Shown one piece after another: positions 9,035 through 18,504 of a stretch of DNA of 64,000 bases; position 1 is the stretch's first letter, and the number at the start of each line of letters is the position of its first letter. Origin of the DNA: Alphaproteobacteria bacterium (lineage in GTDB: Bacteria; Pseudomonadota; Alphaproteobacteria; JAAXGF01); the NCBI GenBank assembly GCA_963555825.3, contig CAUVXB020000001.1, positions 1,152,001-1,216,000 on the forward strand. The letters are read 5' to 3'. Below the pieces are notes generated by a model, which saw only the letters and a list, made by a program, of their open reading frames with translations, searched no databases and was not told the origin of the DNA. The translations under genes and the position numbers were made by a program.

Positions 9035-9976
9035 TCAGTTCGACGCCAGGTGCTTCAGTGGGTCGACCACCTTGGTGCCGCGGCGCAGCTCGAAATGCGA
9101 TTGCGGCGCGGTGACGTTGCCCGAGCTGCCGATCTTGGCGATCGTCTGGCCGCGGCGCACCGTGTCGCCGCGCCCGACCAGCAGCACGTCGTTGTGCGCA
9201 TAGGCCGTGGTCCAGCCATCGGCGTGGCGGATGAGCAACAAGTTGCCATAGCCGCGCAGTTCGTTGCCGGCGTAGGCGACGACGCCCGCCTCGGCGGCAA
9301 GCACAGGCGCGCCGCGCGGCGCCGAAATGTTGATGCCGTCGTTGTGAAAGCCGCCGCTCTTTGGACCGAACTTCGAGAGCACGGTGCCCTTGACCGGCCA
9401 CAGAAAACGCCCGCTGCTGCGCGGCGGTGGCGTCGGGATCGGCGCCGTCGGCGGCGCCTTGGCGGTGGTGTCGACCTTGGGCGCCGGCGACGGCGGCTCG
9501 ACGGCCACGGCCGCGGTCTGCATCGCAGCGGCCGAGGTGACCGGTACGTTAAGCCGCTGGCCGACCAACAGCAGATAGGGTGGTGCGAGCCGGTTAGCGC
9601 GCGCCAGCGCGTTCATGTCGATGCCGTAATTGCGCGAGATGCCATACAGCGTATCGCCGCGCACCACGGTGTGGACGCGCCCGCGCGGCAGCCTCAATAC
9701 CTGGCCGACGAGCAGCTTATAGGGCGGCTTGAGCCGGTTCATCTCGATCAACGCGCGCATCGAGACGTTGTAGCGCCGGGCGATGATGTGGACCGAATCG
9801 CCGGATTTGACGGCGATGCTCGCCGGCGCCTGCCGGACCGCGGTGATGGTCGGCTTCTCGGCGGGCGGCGGCGGCACGTCGCCCGACGCTTTATATTCGA
9901 CGGTCGCCGGCCGCTGCACGCAACCGGCGACCAGGAGGGCGAAGAGAAGCGCCCGCGCGGCAGCGCGCACGGTCAT
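9035..9976 (-). CDS. LysM + M23 peptidase-domain lipoprotein (NlpD/DipM-like)
   Basis: Lipobox LVAGC, two LysM repeats, FLWPVKG...NDGINI...YAHN...HFELR; follows surE-pcm. Confidence 0.9.
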   Translation of the reverse strand: MTVRAAARALLFALLVAGCVQRPATVEYKASGDVPPPPAEKPTITAVRQAPASIAVKSGDSVHIIARRYNVSMRALIEMNRLKPPYKLLVGQVLRLPRGRVHTVVRGDTLYGISRNYGIDMNALARANRLAPPYLLLVGQRLNVPVTSAAAMQTAAVAVEPPSPAPKVDTTAKAPPTAPIPTPPPRSSGRFLWPVKGTVLSKFGPKSGGFHNDGINISAPRGAPVLAAEAGVVAYAGNELRGYGNLLLIRHADGWTTAYAHNDVLLVGRGDTVRRGQTIAKIGSSGNVTAPQSHFELRRGTKVVDPLKHLASN

Positions 9977-9979
9977 CGA

Positions 9980-10633
9980 TCACTCCACATCGTCGTCGGT
10001 GTCGCCGGCGACCAGCGGTACGAAACGCACGCCGATCAGCCGATCGAGCTCGTGGCCGTCGGCGGTGCGGCGTACGCGGACGAGTTCCTGGGCGAGCGGG
10101 TCGGGCCCGATCGGCAGCACCATGACGCCATCCTCGGCGAGCTGCTCGACCAGCGCCGGCGGCACGACGGGCGCACCCGCGGTCACCATGATGCGATCGA
10201 ACGGCGCGTGCTCGGGCCAGCCCTTCGTGCCGTCGCCATAGCGTGTCGTGATGTTGGTGACGCCCAGCTTGGCGAAGCGCATTTCGGCGTCGCGCAGGAT
10301 CGCGCGATGGCGCTCGACCGTGTAGACGCGGCGGCAGAATTGCGCCAGCACCGCCGCCTGATAGCCGGTGCCGGTGCCGATCTCGAGTACCGTCATGTCG
10401 TCGTGGACGTCGAGCATCTGGGTCATATAGGCGACCACGAAGGGTTGGCTGATGGTCTGCCCGCGGCCGATCGGCAGGGCCGAATTGTCGTAAGCGTGCT
10501 CGGCCAGCGACGGCGGCACGAAACGCTCGCGCGGCACGCGCTCGAGTGCTGCGAGCACGCGCATGTCGGTGATGCCCTCGCTGCGCAACTGCATGATCAG
10601 GCGAATCTTCTGGATGTCGAGTTCGCCGCTCAC
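9980..10633 (-). CDS. pcm: Protein-L-isoaspartate O-methyltransferase
   Basis: VPRERFV, GQTISQP, VLEIGTGTGYQAA, VRFVPL; GTG start overlaps the surE stop. Confidence 0.93.
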   Translation of the reverse strand: MSGELDIQKIRLIMQLRSEGITDMRVLAALERVPRERFVPPSLAEHAYDNSALPIGRGQTISQPFVVAYMTQMLDVHDDMTVLEIGTGTGYQAAVLAQFCRRVYTVERHRAILRDAEMRFAKLGVTNITTRYGDGTKGWPEHAPFDRIMVTAGAPVVPPALVEQLAEDGVMVLPIGPDPLAQELVRVRRTADGHELDRLIGVRFVPLVAGDTDDDVE

Positions 10634-11382
10634 GCCAGCGCCTTGCGCAAGCGGGTGCTGGTCGGGCGGTGCGTCAGATCGAGCGACAGCGGCGTCACGG
10701 CGATCGAGCCGCCGACGACGACCGCCATGTCGGTGCCGGCGTCGGGCACTTCGAGGCCGCGCATGCCGCCGATCCAGTAGTAGGGCTGGCCGCGCGGGTC
10801 GAGCCGTTCGGTCAGCGCGTCGCCGAACTTGTGGCGGCCCTGGCGCGCGACAACGACGCCCTCGACCGCGCCCGCCGCGACGTCGGGAAAGTTGACGTTC
10901 ATCAACACGTTCTTGGGCCAGCCGATGTCGATCAGGCGGCGGATAAGGTCGGGCGCGTGGCGCCGGACGGTGGCCCATTTGACCCGCGCGCGATCGCCGT
11001 ATTCCTGGCTGAGCGCGATCGCCGGCACGCCCAGGATGGTCGCCTCCATGGCCGCCGCGATTGTGCCCGAATAGGTCACGTCGTCGGCGACGTTGCTGCC
11101 TCGGTTGACGCCCGACAGCACGAGATCGGGCGGCGGCCCCGGTATCAGCTTGTTGATCGCCAGCATGACGCAATCGGTTGGCGTGCCGTCGATGGCGAGG
11201 CGCTGCGAGGAGATGCGCCGCACGCGCAACGGCCGGTGCAGGGTCAGCGAATGGCCGGCGCCGCTCTGCTCGGTTTCCGGCGCGACCACCCAAACGTCGT
11301 CGGAAAGTTGCCTGGCGATGTCCTCGAGCACCTTGAGCCCGCGGGCGCGGATGCCGTCGTCGTTCGAGACCAGAATTCGCAT
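10630..11382 (-). CDS. surE: 5'/3'-nucleotidase SurE
   Basis: MRILVSNDDG, EQSGAGHS, GTPTDCV, SGVNRG, YSGT. Confidence 0.96.
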   Translation of the reverse strand: MRILVSNDDGIRARGLKVLEDIARQLSDDVWVVAPETEQSGAGHSLTLHRPLRVRRISSQRLAIDGTPTDCVMLAINKLIPGPPPDLVLSGVNRGSNVADDVTYSGTIAAAMEATILGVPAIALSQEYGDRARVKWATVRRHAPDLIRRLIDIGWPKNVLMNVNFPDVAAGAVEGVVVARQGRHKFGDALTERLDPRGQPYYWIGGMRGLEVPDAGTDMAVVVGGSIAVTPLSLDLTHRPTSTRLRKALA

Positions 11383-11404
11383 GCGCGGCCGCCCTCCCGC
11401 GCGG

Positions 11405-12682
11405 TCAGTCGACCGGCTCGATACGCTCGAGCCCATCCATGTAGGGACGCAACGCCTCGGGAATGGTCACCGATCCGTCGGCCTCCTGGTAGTTCTCCAA
11501 CACCGCGATCAGCGTCCGGCCGACGGCGAGGCCCGAGCCGTTAAGCGTGTGGACGTGCCGCGTGCCCTTCTCGCCCTCGGACCGGAACCGCGCCTTCATG
11601 CGGCGCGCCTGGAAGTCGGTGCAGTTCGAGCAGCTCGAAATCTCGCGGTAGGCGTCCTGGCCGGGCAGCCAGACTTCGATGTCATAAGTCTTCTGCGCGG
11701 CGAAGCTCATGTCGCCGGCGGCGAGGACCACGACCCGGTAGGGCAGACCGAGGCGCTCGAGCACGGCCTGGGCGCATTCCGTCATGCGCTCGTGCTCGGC
11801 GTCCGAGCGGTCGGGATGCGTGACGCTGACCAACTCGACCTTGGTGAACTGGTGCTGGCGGATCATGCCGCGCGTGTCCTTGCCAGCCGCGCCGGCCTCG
11901 GAGCGGAAGCACGGCGTGAACGCGGTGTAGCGCAGCGGCAGCACGGCCGCGTCGACGATTTGGCCGGCGACCATGTTGGTCAACGCCATCTCGGCCGTCG
12001 GGATCAGCCAGTAGTCGTCGGTCGTGCGGAACAAATCATCGGCGAACTTGGGCAGGTTGCCGGTGCCGTAGGCCGCCTGCTCGCGTACCAGGAGCGGCGG
12101 GCTGGTCTCGGTGTAACCGAACTCCTTGGTGTGCATGTCGAGCATGAAGGCGGCGAGGCCGCGTTCGAGCCGCGAAAGCGCCCCGGTCAAGACGACGAAG
12201 CGCGCGCCCGACATGCGCGCCGCGGCCTCGAAGTCCATCGCACCGAGCGCCTCGCCGATGGCGACGTGGTCCTTCGGTTCGAAGTCGAACTGGCGCGGCG
12301 CGCCGTGGCGGCGCAGCTCGACCGCGTCGGCCTCCTCGACGCCCGCCGGCACCGAGCTGTCAGGAAAATTGGGCTGGGCGCCGAGCAGCTCGTCGAGCGC
12401 CTGCCCGACCTTGCGCTCGTCATCCTCGAGCGATTGGATTTCTTCCTTGAGGCCCGACATCTCGGCCAACAGCGCCGCGGCGTCCTCGCCGCGGCCCTTG
12501 GCCTGGCCGATCGCCTTCGACGCTTCGTTGCGGCGCGTCTGGAGCTCCTGCAAGCGCGTCTGAAAGTCGCGCCGGCGGTCGTCGAGCACGATCAAGTCAC
12601 CGGCCAACGGTTCGAGGCCGCGCTTGGCGCGGCCCGCATCGTACGCAACCGGATCGTCGCGGATGAGTTTAACGTCTAGCAT
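11405..12682 (-). CDS. serS: Serine--tRNA ligase
   Basis: [38 protein letters not shown]. Confidence 0.98.
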   Translation of the reverse strand: MLDVKLIRDDPVAYDAGRAKRGLEPLAGDLIVLDDRRRDFQTRLQELQTRRNEASKAIGQAKGRGEDAAALLAEMSGLKEEIQSLEDDERKVGQALDELLGAQPNFPDSSVPAGVEEADAVELRRHGAPRQFDFEPKDHVAIGEALGAMDFEAAARMSGARFVVLTGALSRLERGLAAFMLDMHTKEFGYTETSPPLLVREQAAYGTGNLPKFADDLFRTTDDYWLIPTAEMALTNMVAGQIVDAAVLPLRYTAFTPCFRSEAGAAGKDTRGMIRQHQFTKVELVSVTHPDRSDAEHERMTECAQAVLERLGLPYRVVVLAAGDMSFAAQKTYDIEVWLPGQDAYREISSCSNCTDFQARRMKARFRSEGEKGTRHVHTLNGSGLAVGRTLIAVLENYQEADGSVTIPEALRPYMDGLERIEPVD

Positions 12683-12766
12683 GGCCTACCAAGGGTGCCG
12701 GGGACGGCTTTATATACTTCGGGCGCGCCAGAGCGTCCACCGCCGCGGCGGGTCGGACCGCATGTC

Positions 12767-13049
12767 ATACCAAGGGTCAGTGATAAAGGCCCCCTAGAGA
12801 TCGCGTCCGCTTTTCGCCGGTGAGGCAAGGGAGCCGCGGGCGATGCAGCGCATCGGCTAGGCAACCTGGCGCCCTCCGGCGATAAGCGGCCGCGACCCGA
12901 AGGGCGGCTTGCCGAGGCTCTCGCCCGCTATCAGACTGGCGGACGTCGTTGCGCCCGCCTTGCGATGCGCTGCATCGCCGCGACGGGCGCGCCTAGCCGA
13001 AAACCACGGCAAGCCGTCTCTAGGGGCCTTTATCACTGATCCTTGGTAT
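12767..13049. mobile_element. MITE-like cruciform element, family B, copy 1
   Basis: Terminal inverted repeat ATACCAAGGGTCAGTGATAAAGGCCCC(C)TAGAGA / TCTCTAGGGGCCTTTATCACTGATCCTTGGTAT; two internal hairpin arms; no convincing ORF. Confidence 0.8.
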
Positions 13050-13058
13050 TAGGGAATT

Positions 13059-13919
13059 CTATCGGCCGGCGTTGAAGTCGGTCTCTTCGACGACTTCCTC
13101 GGTGCCGTCGCCGGCGTCGCTTTCCGAAGCCTCGTCGTCGTCATCGCCGGCCGCGGCATCCCGTTTGCCCTTGCGCTTCTCGACGATACGCACCGCGATG
13201 ATCGACACCTCGTAGAGCAGGATGATCGGCACCGCCAGGCTGATCTGGCTGATCGGGTCGGGCGGCGTCAGGATGGCGGCGGCGACGAAGGCCATGACGA
13301 TGGAGTATTTGCGCTTGTCGGCGAGCCCCTTCGACGACGTCAGGCCGACGCGCGCCATCAACGTCAGCAGGAGCGGCAGTTCGAAGCTGAGGCCGAAGGC
13401 GAAGATCAATTTCATGACCAACGACAGATACTCGGCGACCTTGGCCTCGAGCTGGATCGGCAGCGCGCCGTCGCCGCCCATCGTCTCGAAGCTGAGGAAG
13501 AAGGTCCAGGCCATCGGGAAGATCACGTAGTAGACCAGGGCGCCGCCGGTGAAGAACAGGACCGGCGTGAGCACCAGGAACGGCAGGAAAGCGCCTTTCT
13601 CGTTGCGGTAAAGACCCGGCGCGATGAATAACCACAGTTGCGCCGCGACGTACGGAAAGCCGATGAACAGCGCGGCGAACATCGCCACCTTGACATAAGT
13701 GAAGAAGACCTCGGTCAGGTCGGTGTAGATCAGCCGCGCGCCCTCGCGGTCGAAAACATCGGCGAGCGGCTGAACGAGGAAAATGTAAATGTCCTCGGCG
13801 ACGAAAAAGCAGGCGACGAACAGCACCAGGATGGCGACCACCGAGCGGATCAGGCGCGAGCGCAGCTCGACCAGATGTTCGAGCAGCGGCGCCTTACTGT
13901 CGTCGATATCGTTGATCAC
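13059..13919 (-). CDS. tatC: Tat translocase subunit TatC
   Basis: LLEHLVELRSRL, FIAPGLY, FELP, LTPPDPISQ. Confidence 0.97.
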   Translation of the reverse strand: MINDIDDSKAPLLEHLVELRSRLIRSVVAILVLFVACFFVAEDIYIFLVQPLADVFDREGARLIYTDLTEVFFTYVKVAMFAALFIGFPYVAAQLWLFIAPGLYRNEKGAFLPFLVLTPVLFFTGGALVYYVIFPMAWTFFLSFETMGGDGALPIQLEAKVAEYLSLVMKLIFAFGLSFELPLLLTLMARVGLTSSKGLADKRKYSIVMAFVAAAILTPPDPISQISLAVPIILLYEVSIIAVRIVEKRKGKRDAAAGDDDDEASESDAGDGTEEVVEETDFNAGR

Positions 13920-13922
13920 GGG

Positions 13923-14423
13923 CTAGCCGTTCACCTGGCTCTTGATCGGCGCGGGCTCGACCTCGTCGCTCGCCGCCACCTCGGGTTCGGCCACCTCCTC
14001 GGTCGCCGCATCTTCGGCCGGCGTCGCGTCGGGCGGCTCGGGCGCGACCTTGGCGCTCGGCGTCGGCGACGCGGACGTCGCCGCGGTTGAGACGGTCTCG
14101 TCGGCATCGGCGGCCGGCGCCTCGCCCGCATCGGCGGCGGGCGCCTCGAAGGCACGCTTGACGTCGCCCTTCGGATCGATGGCGTTCTCGATGTCTTTCT
14201 TGACGTCGAAATTGGTCGCCTTCTCGACGTCTTTCTTGACCGTGTCGAGCTCGGATTCGCGGATCATGTCGTCGAGGCTGTTCTGAAACTCGCGCGCAAT
14301 CTTGCGTGCCTTACCGGCCCATTGGCCAGCGGAGCGCAGCACGCGCGGCAGTTCCTTCGGACCAACGACGATCAAGACGATGACGCCGACGACCGCGAGT
14401 TCAGCCCAGCCGATATCAAGCAC
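13923..14423 (-). CDS. tatB: Tat translocase subunit TatB
   Basis: DIGWAEL...VVGPKELP. Confidence 0.95.
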   Translation of the reverse strand: MLDIGWAELAVVGVIVLIVVGPKELPRVLRSAGQWAGKARKIAREFQNSLDDMIRESELDTVKKDVEKATNFDVKKDIENAIDPKGDVKRAFEAPAADAGEAPAADADETVSTAATSASPTPSAKVAPEPPDATPAEDAATEEVAEPEVAASDEVEPAPIKSQVNG

Positions 14424-14467
14424 GACCGTTCACGCCCATGCCTCTCCACCTTGTCCAACCAAGGGGA

Positions 14468-14698
14468 TTAGCCTTGGGCGGCCTCGTCTTTTTTGACCGT
14501 GGCGTCGCTGGCGGCGGCGGGGGCATCCTTGTCGATCTCCTTCGGAGATGACGTTTCAGGATCCTCCTTCATGCCGGTCTTGAACGCCTTGATACCCTTG
14601 GCGACATCGCCCATCAGACTCGGGATCTTGCCGCGCCCGAACAGCACGAGCACGATCACGAGAACGATCAGCCAGTGCCAAATACTAAACGTACCCAT
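14468..14698 (-). CDS. tatA: Tat translocase subunit TatA
   Basis: [26 protein letters not shown]...GIKAFK. Confidence 0.95.
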   Translation of the reverse strand: MGTFSIWHWLIVLVIVLVLFGRGKIPSLMGDVAKGIKAFKTGMKEDPETSSPKEIDKDAPAAASDATVKKDEAAQG

Positions 14699-14809
14699 CA
14701 ATCTCTCCCAACAAAGCTGGCCCGGCCCAACGAAAGCCGCGCATGATGTCAGAAAGCGCGCAGGCGCGCAATAACACCCGCTGCGCGTGAAATGGCCCTT
14801 CTCGCCCGC

Positions 14810-15850
14810 TTATTCTACCCCATCCGGCGGTGCGCAAGGAAATACGAACGTCTGGTCGCGGTCAAGCGCCACCGATATCCGCGCGCCGACCTCGGGCACG
14901 CGCGACCCCGGAAGCCGGGCGCGAAGCTCCGCGCCGCTTTCGGCGAGGCGCAGGGCGACGATGCTCGAATGGCCCAGCGGATGCACCGCGACGACGTCGG
15001 CCAGCACCGAGGATGCGCCGTCGACAACGCTGATCGCCTCGGGCCGGATCAGCACGTCGACGCGCATACCATCCGCCATGCCGCCGGCGTCGAGGTGGCC
15101 GAACGCGCTGGCGACCGCGCCGCCGGCGACGGTGCCGTGCATCCAGTTCACGTCGCTCAGGAAGGTCGCGGCGAAGGTGTTTGCCGGCGCGCGATAGACC
15201 TCGGCCGGGGCGCCCGATTGCACGATGCGGCCTTTGCGCATCAACGCGATGCGGTCGGCCATGTACATCGCTTCCTCGGGGTCGTGGGTCACGATCAGTG
15301 TCGCGATGCCGGCTTCTTGAAGCACCCGCAGCGTGACGTCGCGCACCTTGTCGCGCAGCCGGATATCGAGACCCGAGAACGGCTCATCCAGAAGCAATAG
15401 ACGCGGCTTGGGCGCCAGCGCGCGGGCCAGCGCCACGCGCTGCTGCTCGCCGCCCGACAGCGCGTGCGGGTAGCGCTCGGCGTGCCCCGCCATATCGACG
15501 CGCTCGAGCATTTCGCGGGCGGCGGCCGGCGTGCAGCCGACGCCGAAGGCGACATTCTCGGCGACCGTCAGGTGGGGGAACAACGCATAGTCCTGGAACA
15601 CCAGGCCGACGCCGCGATCCTCGGGCGGCCGCGAGATGCCGGGTCGGGCGACTTCCTCGCCGCCGATCAGGACCCGGCCCGCCTGCAGCGTCTCGAGCCC
15701 GGCGGCGACGCGCAGCACCGTCGTCTTGCCACAGCCCGACGGACCCAGCAGACAGACCAGCTCACCCTCGCCGACCGTGAGGTCGACATCCTGGACGGCG
15801 GGGTTTTCGCCGTAACTGTGGCTTACCTGCTCGAGGGTCAGGGCGTCCAT
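14810..15850 (-). CDS. Fe3+ ABC transporter ATPase (FbpC-like)
   Basis: GPSGCGKT, LVFQDYALFPHL, LSGGEQQR, LLDEPF; ATG at 15850. Confidence 0.88.
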   Translation of the reverse strand: MDALTLEQVSHSYGENPAVQDVDLTVGEGELVCLLGPSGCGKTTVLRVAAGLETLQAGRVLIGGEEVARPGISRPPEDRGVGLVFQDYALFPHLTVAENVAFGVGCTPAAAREMLERVDMAGHAERYPHALSGGEQQRVALARALAPKPRLLLLDEPFSGLDIRLRDKVRDVTLRVLQEAGIATLIVTHDPEEAMYMADRIALMRKGRIVQSGAPAEVYRAPANTFAATFLSDVNWMHGTVAGGAVASAFGHLDAGGMADGMRVDVLIRPEAISVVDGASSVLADVVAVHPLGHSSIVALRLAESGAELRARLPGSRVPEVGARISVALDRDQTFVFPCAPPDGVE

Positions 15851-15858
15851 TGTGCGCC

Positions 15859-17544
15859 TCACGTCCCCGCCAGACCCGGGCGCGAACGCGCGATCGCGAA
15901 GGTCAGCAAGATGACCGGCACGATACCGGTCCCGACGATGGCCAGCGCCGCGGGCGCCGCCTCGGCGAGCTGCTCGTCCGAGGCCAGCTCGAAGGCGCGG
16001 ACGGCGAGTGTGTTGAAATTGAACGGTCGCATGATCAGCGTCGCGGGCAGCTCCTTCATGACGTCGACGAAGACGAGCAATGCCGCGGTCATCAGGCTGC
16101 CCTTGATGATCGGCACGTGGACCCGGGCGAGCGTCGCGCCCGGCCCGTGGCCGAGCGTTCGCGAGGCGCCGTCCATTGCCGGCGTCACCTTGCCGAGGCT
16201 GGCCTCGACGGTGTTGAGCGAGACCGCCAGAAAACGCACCAGATAGGCGAACAGCAGCGCGACCAACGTGCCGCTGAGCAACAGGCCGCTCGAGACGCCA
16301 AAGCTGGCGCGCAGCCAAGCATCGAGCTGGTTGTCGAGCCACGCGAAAGGCACCAGCACGCCGACCGCAATGACCGTGCCGGGCACCGCGTAGCCGAGCC
16401 CCGCGATGCGCGCCGAGATGCCCATCAGCGGGCCGGGCTTGAGGCGCTGACCGTAGGCGATGACCAGGCCGACCGCGACGGCGAGCAGCGCCGCCGCCGC
16501 CGCCAGAAGCAGGCTGTTGGCGGCGAGCGCCAGGAAGTCGGCGTCGACCACGCGGGCCGCCGTCCGGGCCGTCCAGACGACGAGCTGGCCGGCCGGCAAC
16601 AGGAAGCCCAGGAAGATCGGCGCGAGACAGGCGAGGAACGCCAGCGCGGCCCGGCCGCCGCCGAGCGGCCAGCGCGGCAGGGTCCGATAGCGGCGCGAGG
16701 TGTGGTGGAATCGGCGGCCACCGCGCGTCGTGCGCTCGAGCAGGACCAGCGCCAGGATGAACAGCATCAGAAAGGCCGACAGCTTGGCCGCGGCGATCGC
16801 GTCGCCGAGCCCGAACCAGGTGCGGAAGATGCCCGTCGTGAAGGTGTCGACCGCCAGATGCTGGACCGCACCGAAGTCGCTCAGCGTCTCCATCAACGCG
16901 AGCGCCAGGCCGCCGGCGATCGCCGGGCGCGCCAAGGGCAGCGCGACGTCGCGGAAACAGCGCCAGGGGGTACGCCCGAGCGTCCGGCTGACCTCCATGA
17001 CGCAGACCGATTGTTCGAGAAAGGCGGCGCGCGCCAGCAGATAGACGTAGGGGTAGAAGACCATCGAAAGCACCATGACGGCGCCGCCCAGCGAGCGCAG
17101 CTCGGGGAACCAGTAATCGCCGCGCTGCCAGCCGAACAGGTCGCGCAGCCCGCTCTGCAACGGGCCGGGATAATCGAACAGGCCGCCATAGGTGAAGGCG
17201 ACGACGTAGGCCGGCACGGCGAACGGCAGCAACAGCGCCCATTCGAAGACGCGGCGCCCGGGGAACCGGCACATGGTCACCAGCCAGGCGGTGCCGACGC
17301 CGGTGACCAGCGTGACGATGCCGACACCGACCATCAGGACCAGCGAGTTGACGACGTAGTCGGGCAGTACGGTGGCGCTGAGATGCGACCAGACCTCGCC
17401 CGACGGAACGAACAGGCTCGCCAGCACGACGACGATCGGCACCGCGACGAGCGCGGCGATCGACGCGGCGGCGAGGCTCCACAGGCTCCAGCCATTGCGG
17501 CCGAGCCACCGTCGCGAACCGGTCGCAGGTATGGCGAGTGACAA
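15859..17544 (-). CDS. Fe3+ ABC transporter permease (FbpB/FutB-like)
   Basis: Duplicated permease domain; YPYVYLLARAAF, METLSDFG, KELPATLIMRPFNFNTLA. Confidence 0.9.
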   Translation of the reverse strand: MSLAIPATGSRRWLGRNGWSLWSLAAASIAALVAVPIVVVLASLFVPSGEVWSHLSATVLPDYVVNSLVLMVGVGIVTLVTGVGTAWLVTMCRFPGRRVFEWALLLPFAVPAYVVAFTYGGLFDYPGPLQSGLRDLFGWQRGDYWFPELRSLGGAVMVLSMVFYPYVYLLARAAFLEQSVCVMEVSRTLGRTPWRCFRDVALPLARPAIAGGLALALMETLSDFGAVQHLAVDTFTTGIFRTWFGLGDAIAAAKLSAFLMLFILALVLLERTTRGGRRFHHTSRRYRTLPRWPLGGGRAALAFLACLAPIFLGFLLPAGQLVVWTARTAARVVDADFLALAANSLLLAAAAALLAVAVGLVIAYGQRLKPGPLMGISARIAGLGYAVPGTVIAVGVLVPFAWLDNQLDAWLRASFGVSSGLLLSGTLVALLFAYLVRFLAVSLNTVEASLGKVTPAMDGASRTLGHGPGATLARVHVPIIKGSLMTAALLVFVDVMKELPATLIMRPFNFNTLAVRAFELASDEQLAEAAPAALAIVGTGIVPVILLTFAIARSRPGLAGT

Positions 17545-17658
17545 GGTCGTGGCCCGTTGCGGTGGGTGACGACGCTAGCGCGCGCGCGTCCGAAGCGCTG
17601 GCAATACACGGCTGGCCGCAGCTCGGCAAGCGGCGCCGTCGTATCGTCGAGCGTTGTT

Positions 17659-17677
17659 GCGAATGATTATCATTCTC
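17659..17677. promoter_or_regulatory. Fur-box-like operator upstream of the iron ABC permease
   Basis: GCGAATGATTATCATTCTC matches 15/19 of the Fur consensus GATAATGATAATCATTATC, ~115 bp upstream of the permease. Confidence 0.7.
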
Positions 17678-17865
17678 TCTTACCGTCAAGCGAATCTACC
17701 CGGTTGAACCACCGAGCGCAAGCGCTCCACCCGAACCACTTCACCGCTCGAACCGCCGAGCCAGGCCTCGGCCCAGCCCGAAATCTACAAAACGCTTGAG
17801 AAACGTTTGGTAAACCCTTTATTTATATCAATTATTCTGTGGGCCGGGCAACGTCCATGGCGCAA

Positions 17866-18504
17866 TCAGGCGTCGGGATCGGCCGCCTCGTCATCGGGTT
17901 CCGCTTGATCGACGGCCGCCTCCCCGCCTTCCTCCCGGGCGTCGGCCTCGCCGATATCGAAGCCGAACGAGCCCTGCCGAGCGTCCAGCAGACCGGCGGC
18001 GCGCAGCTCCCCGACACCGGGCAGATCGTCGAGCGTGTCGAGGTTGAAGTGATTGAGAAACGTGTCGGTCGTCACCCAGGTGGCCGGCCGGCCCGGCGTG
18101 CGGCGCCGGCGGCCGGGCCGCACCCAGCCGGCCTCGACCAGGATATCGAGCGTGCCGCGGCTCAGGCTGACGCCGCGCAACGCCTCGATCTCGGCGCGCG
18201 TGATCGGCTGGTGATAGGCGATGATCGCCAGCGTCTCGACCGCGGCGCGCGACAGCTTACGCTGCACGTCGACATGCTTGCGCAGATAAGGCGCCAGGTC
18301 GTCGGCCGTGCGCAGTGCCCAGCGGCCCGCCGTGCGTACCAGATTGACACCGCGTTCGGCATAATCCTCGGCGAGCTGTGCGATCAGCGCCGGCACGTCG
18401 GCGCCGTCGGGCAGACGCTCGGACAGCGTCGCCTCGTCGAGCGGCTCGATGGCCGCGAACAGGAGCGCCTCCATGAGGCGGCGATGGGTTTGCTCGTCGC
18501 TCAC
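17866..18504 (-). CDS. scpB: SMC-Scp complex subunit ScpB
   Basis: EALLFA, LSRAAVETLAIIAYHQPITRAEIE, GRP..W.TT..FL. Confidence 0.95.
   Translation of the reverse strand: MSDEQTHRRLMEALLFAAIEPLDEATLSERLPDGADVPALIAQLAEDYAERGVNLVRTAGRWALRTADDLAPYLRKHVDVQRKLSRAAVETLAIIAYHQPITRAEIEALRGVSLSRGTLDILVEAGWVRPGRRRRTPGRPATWVTTDTFLNHFNLDTLDDLPGVGELRAAGLLDARQGSFGFDIGEADAREEGGEAAVDQAEPDDEAADPDA

Noticed and set aside
9980-10633. Two pcm paralogues as a novelty
   Set aside because: surE-linked and tolC-linked pcm copies are both usual in alphaproteobacteria.
14810-17689. 959-aa ORF as a fusion protein
   Set aside because: The N-terminal part is an off-frame overlap of the permease; the real ATPase starts at 15850.
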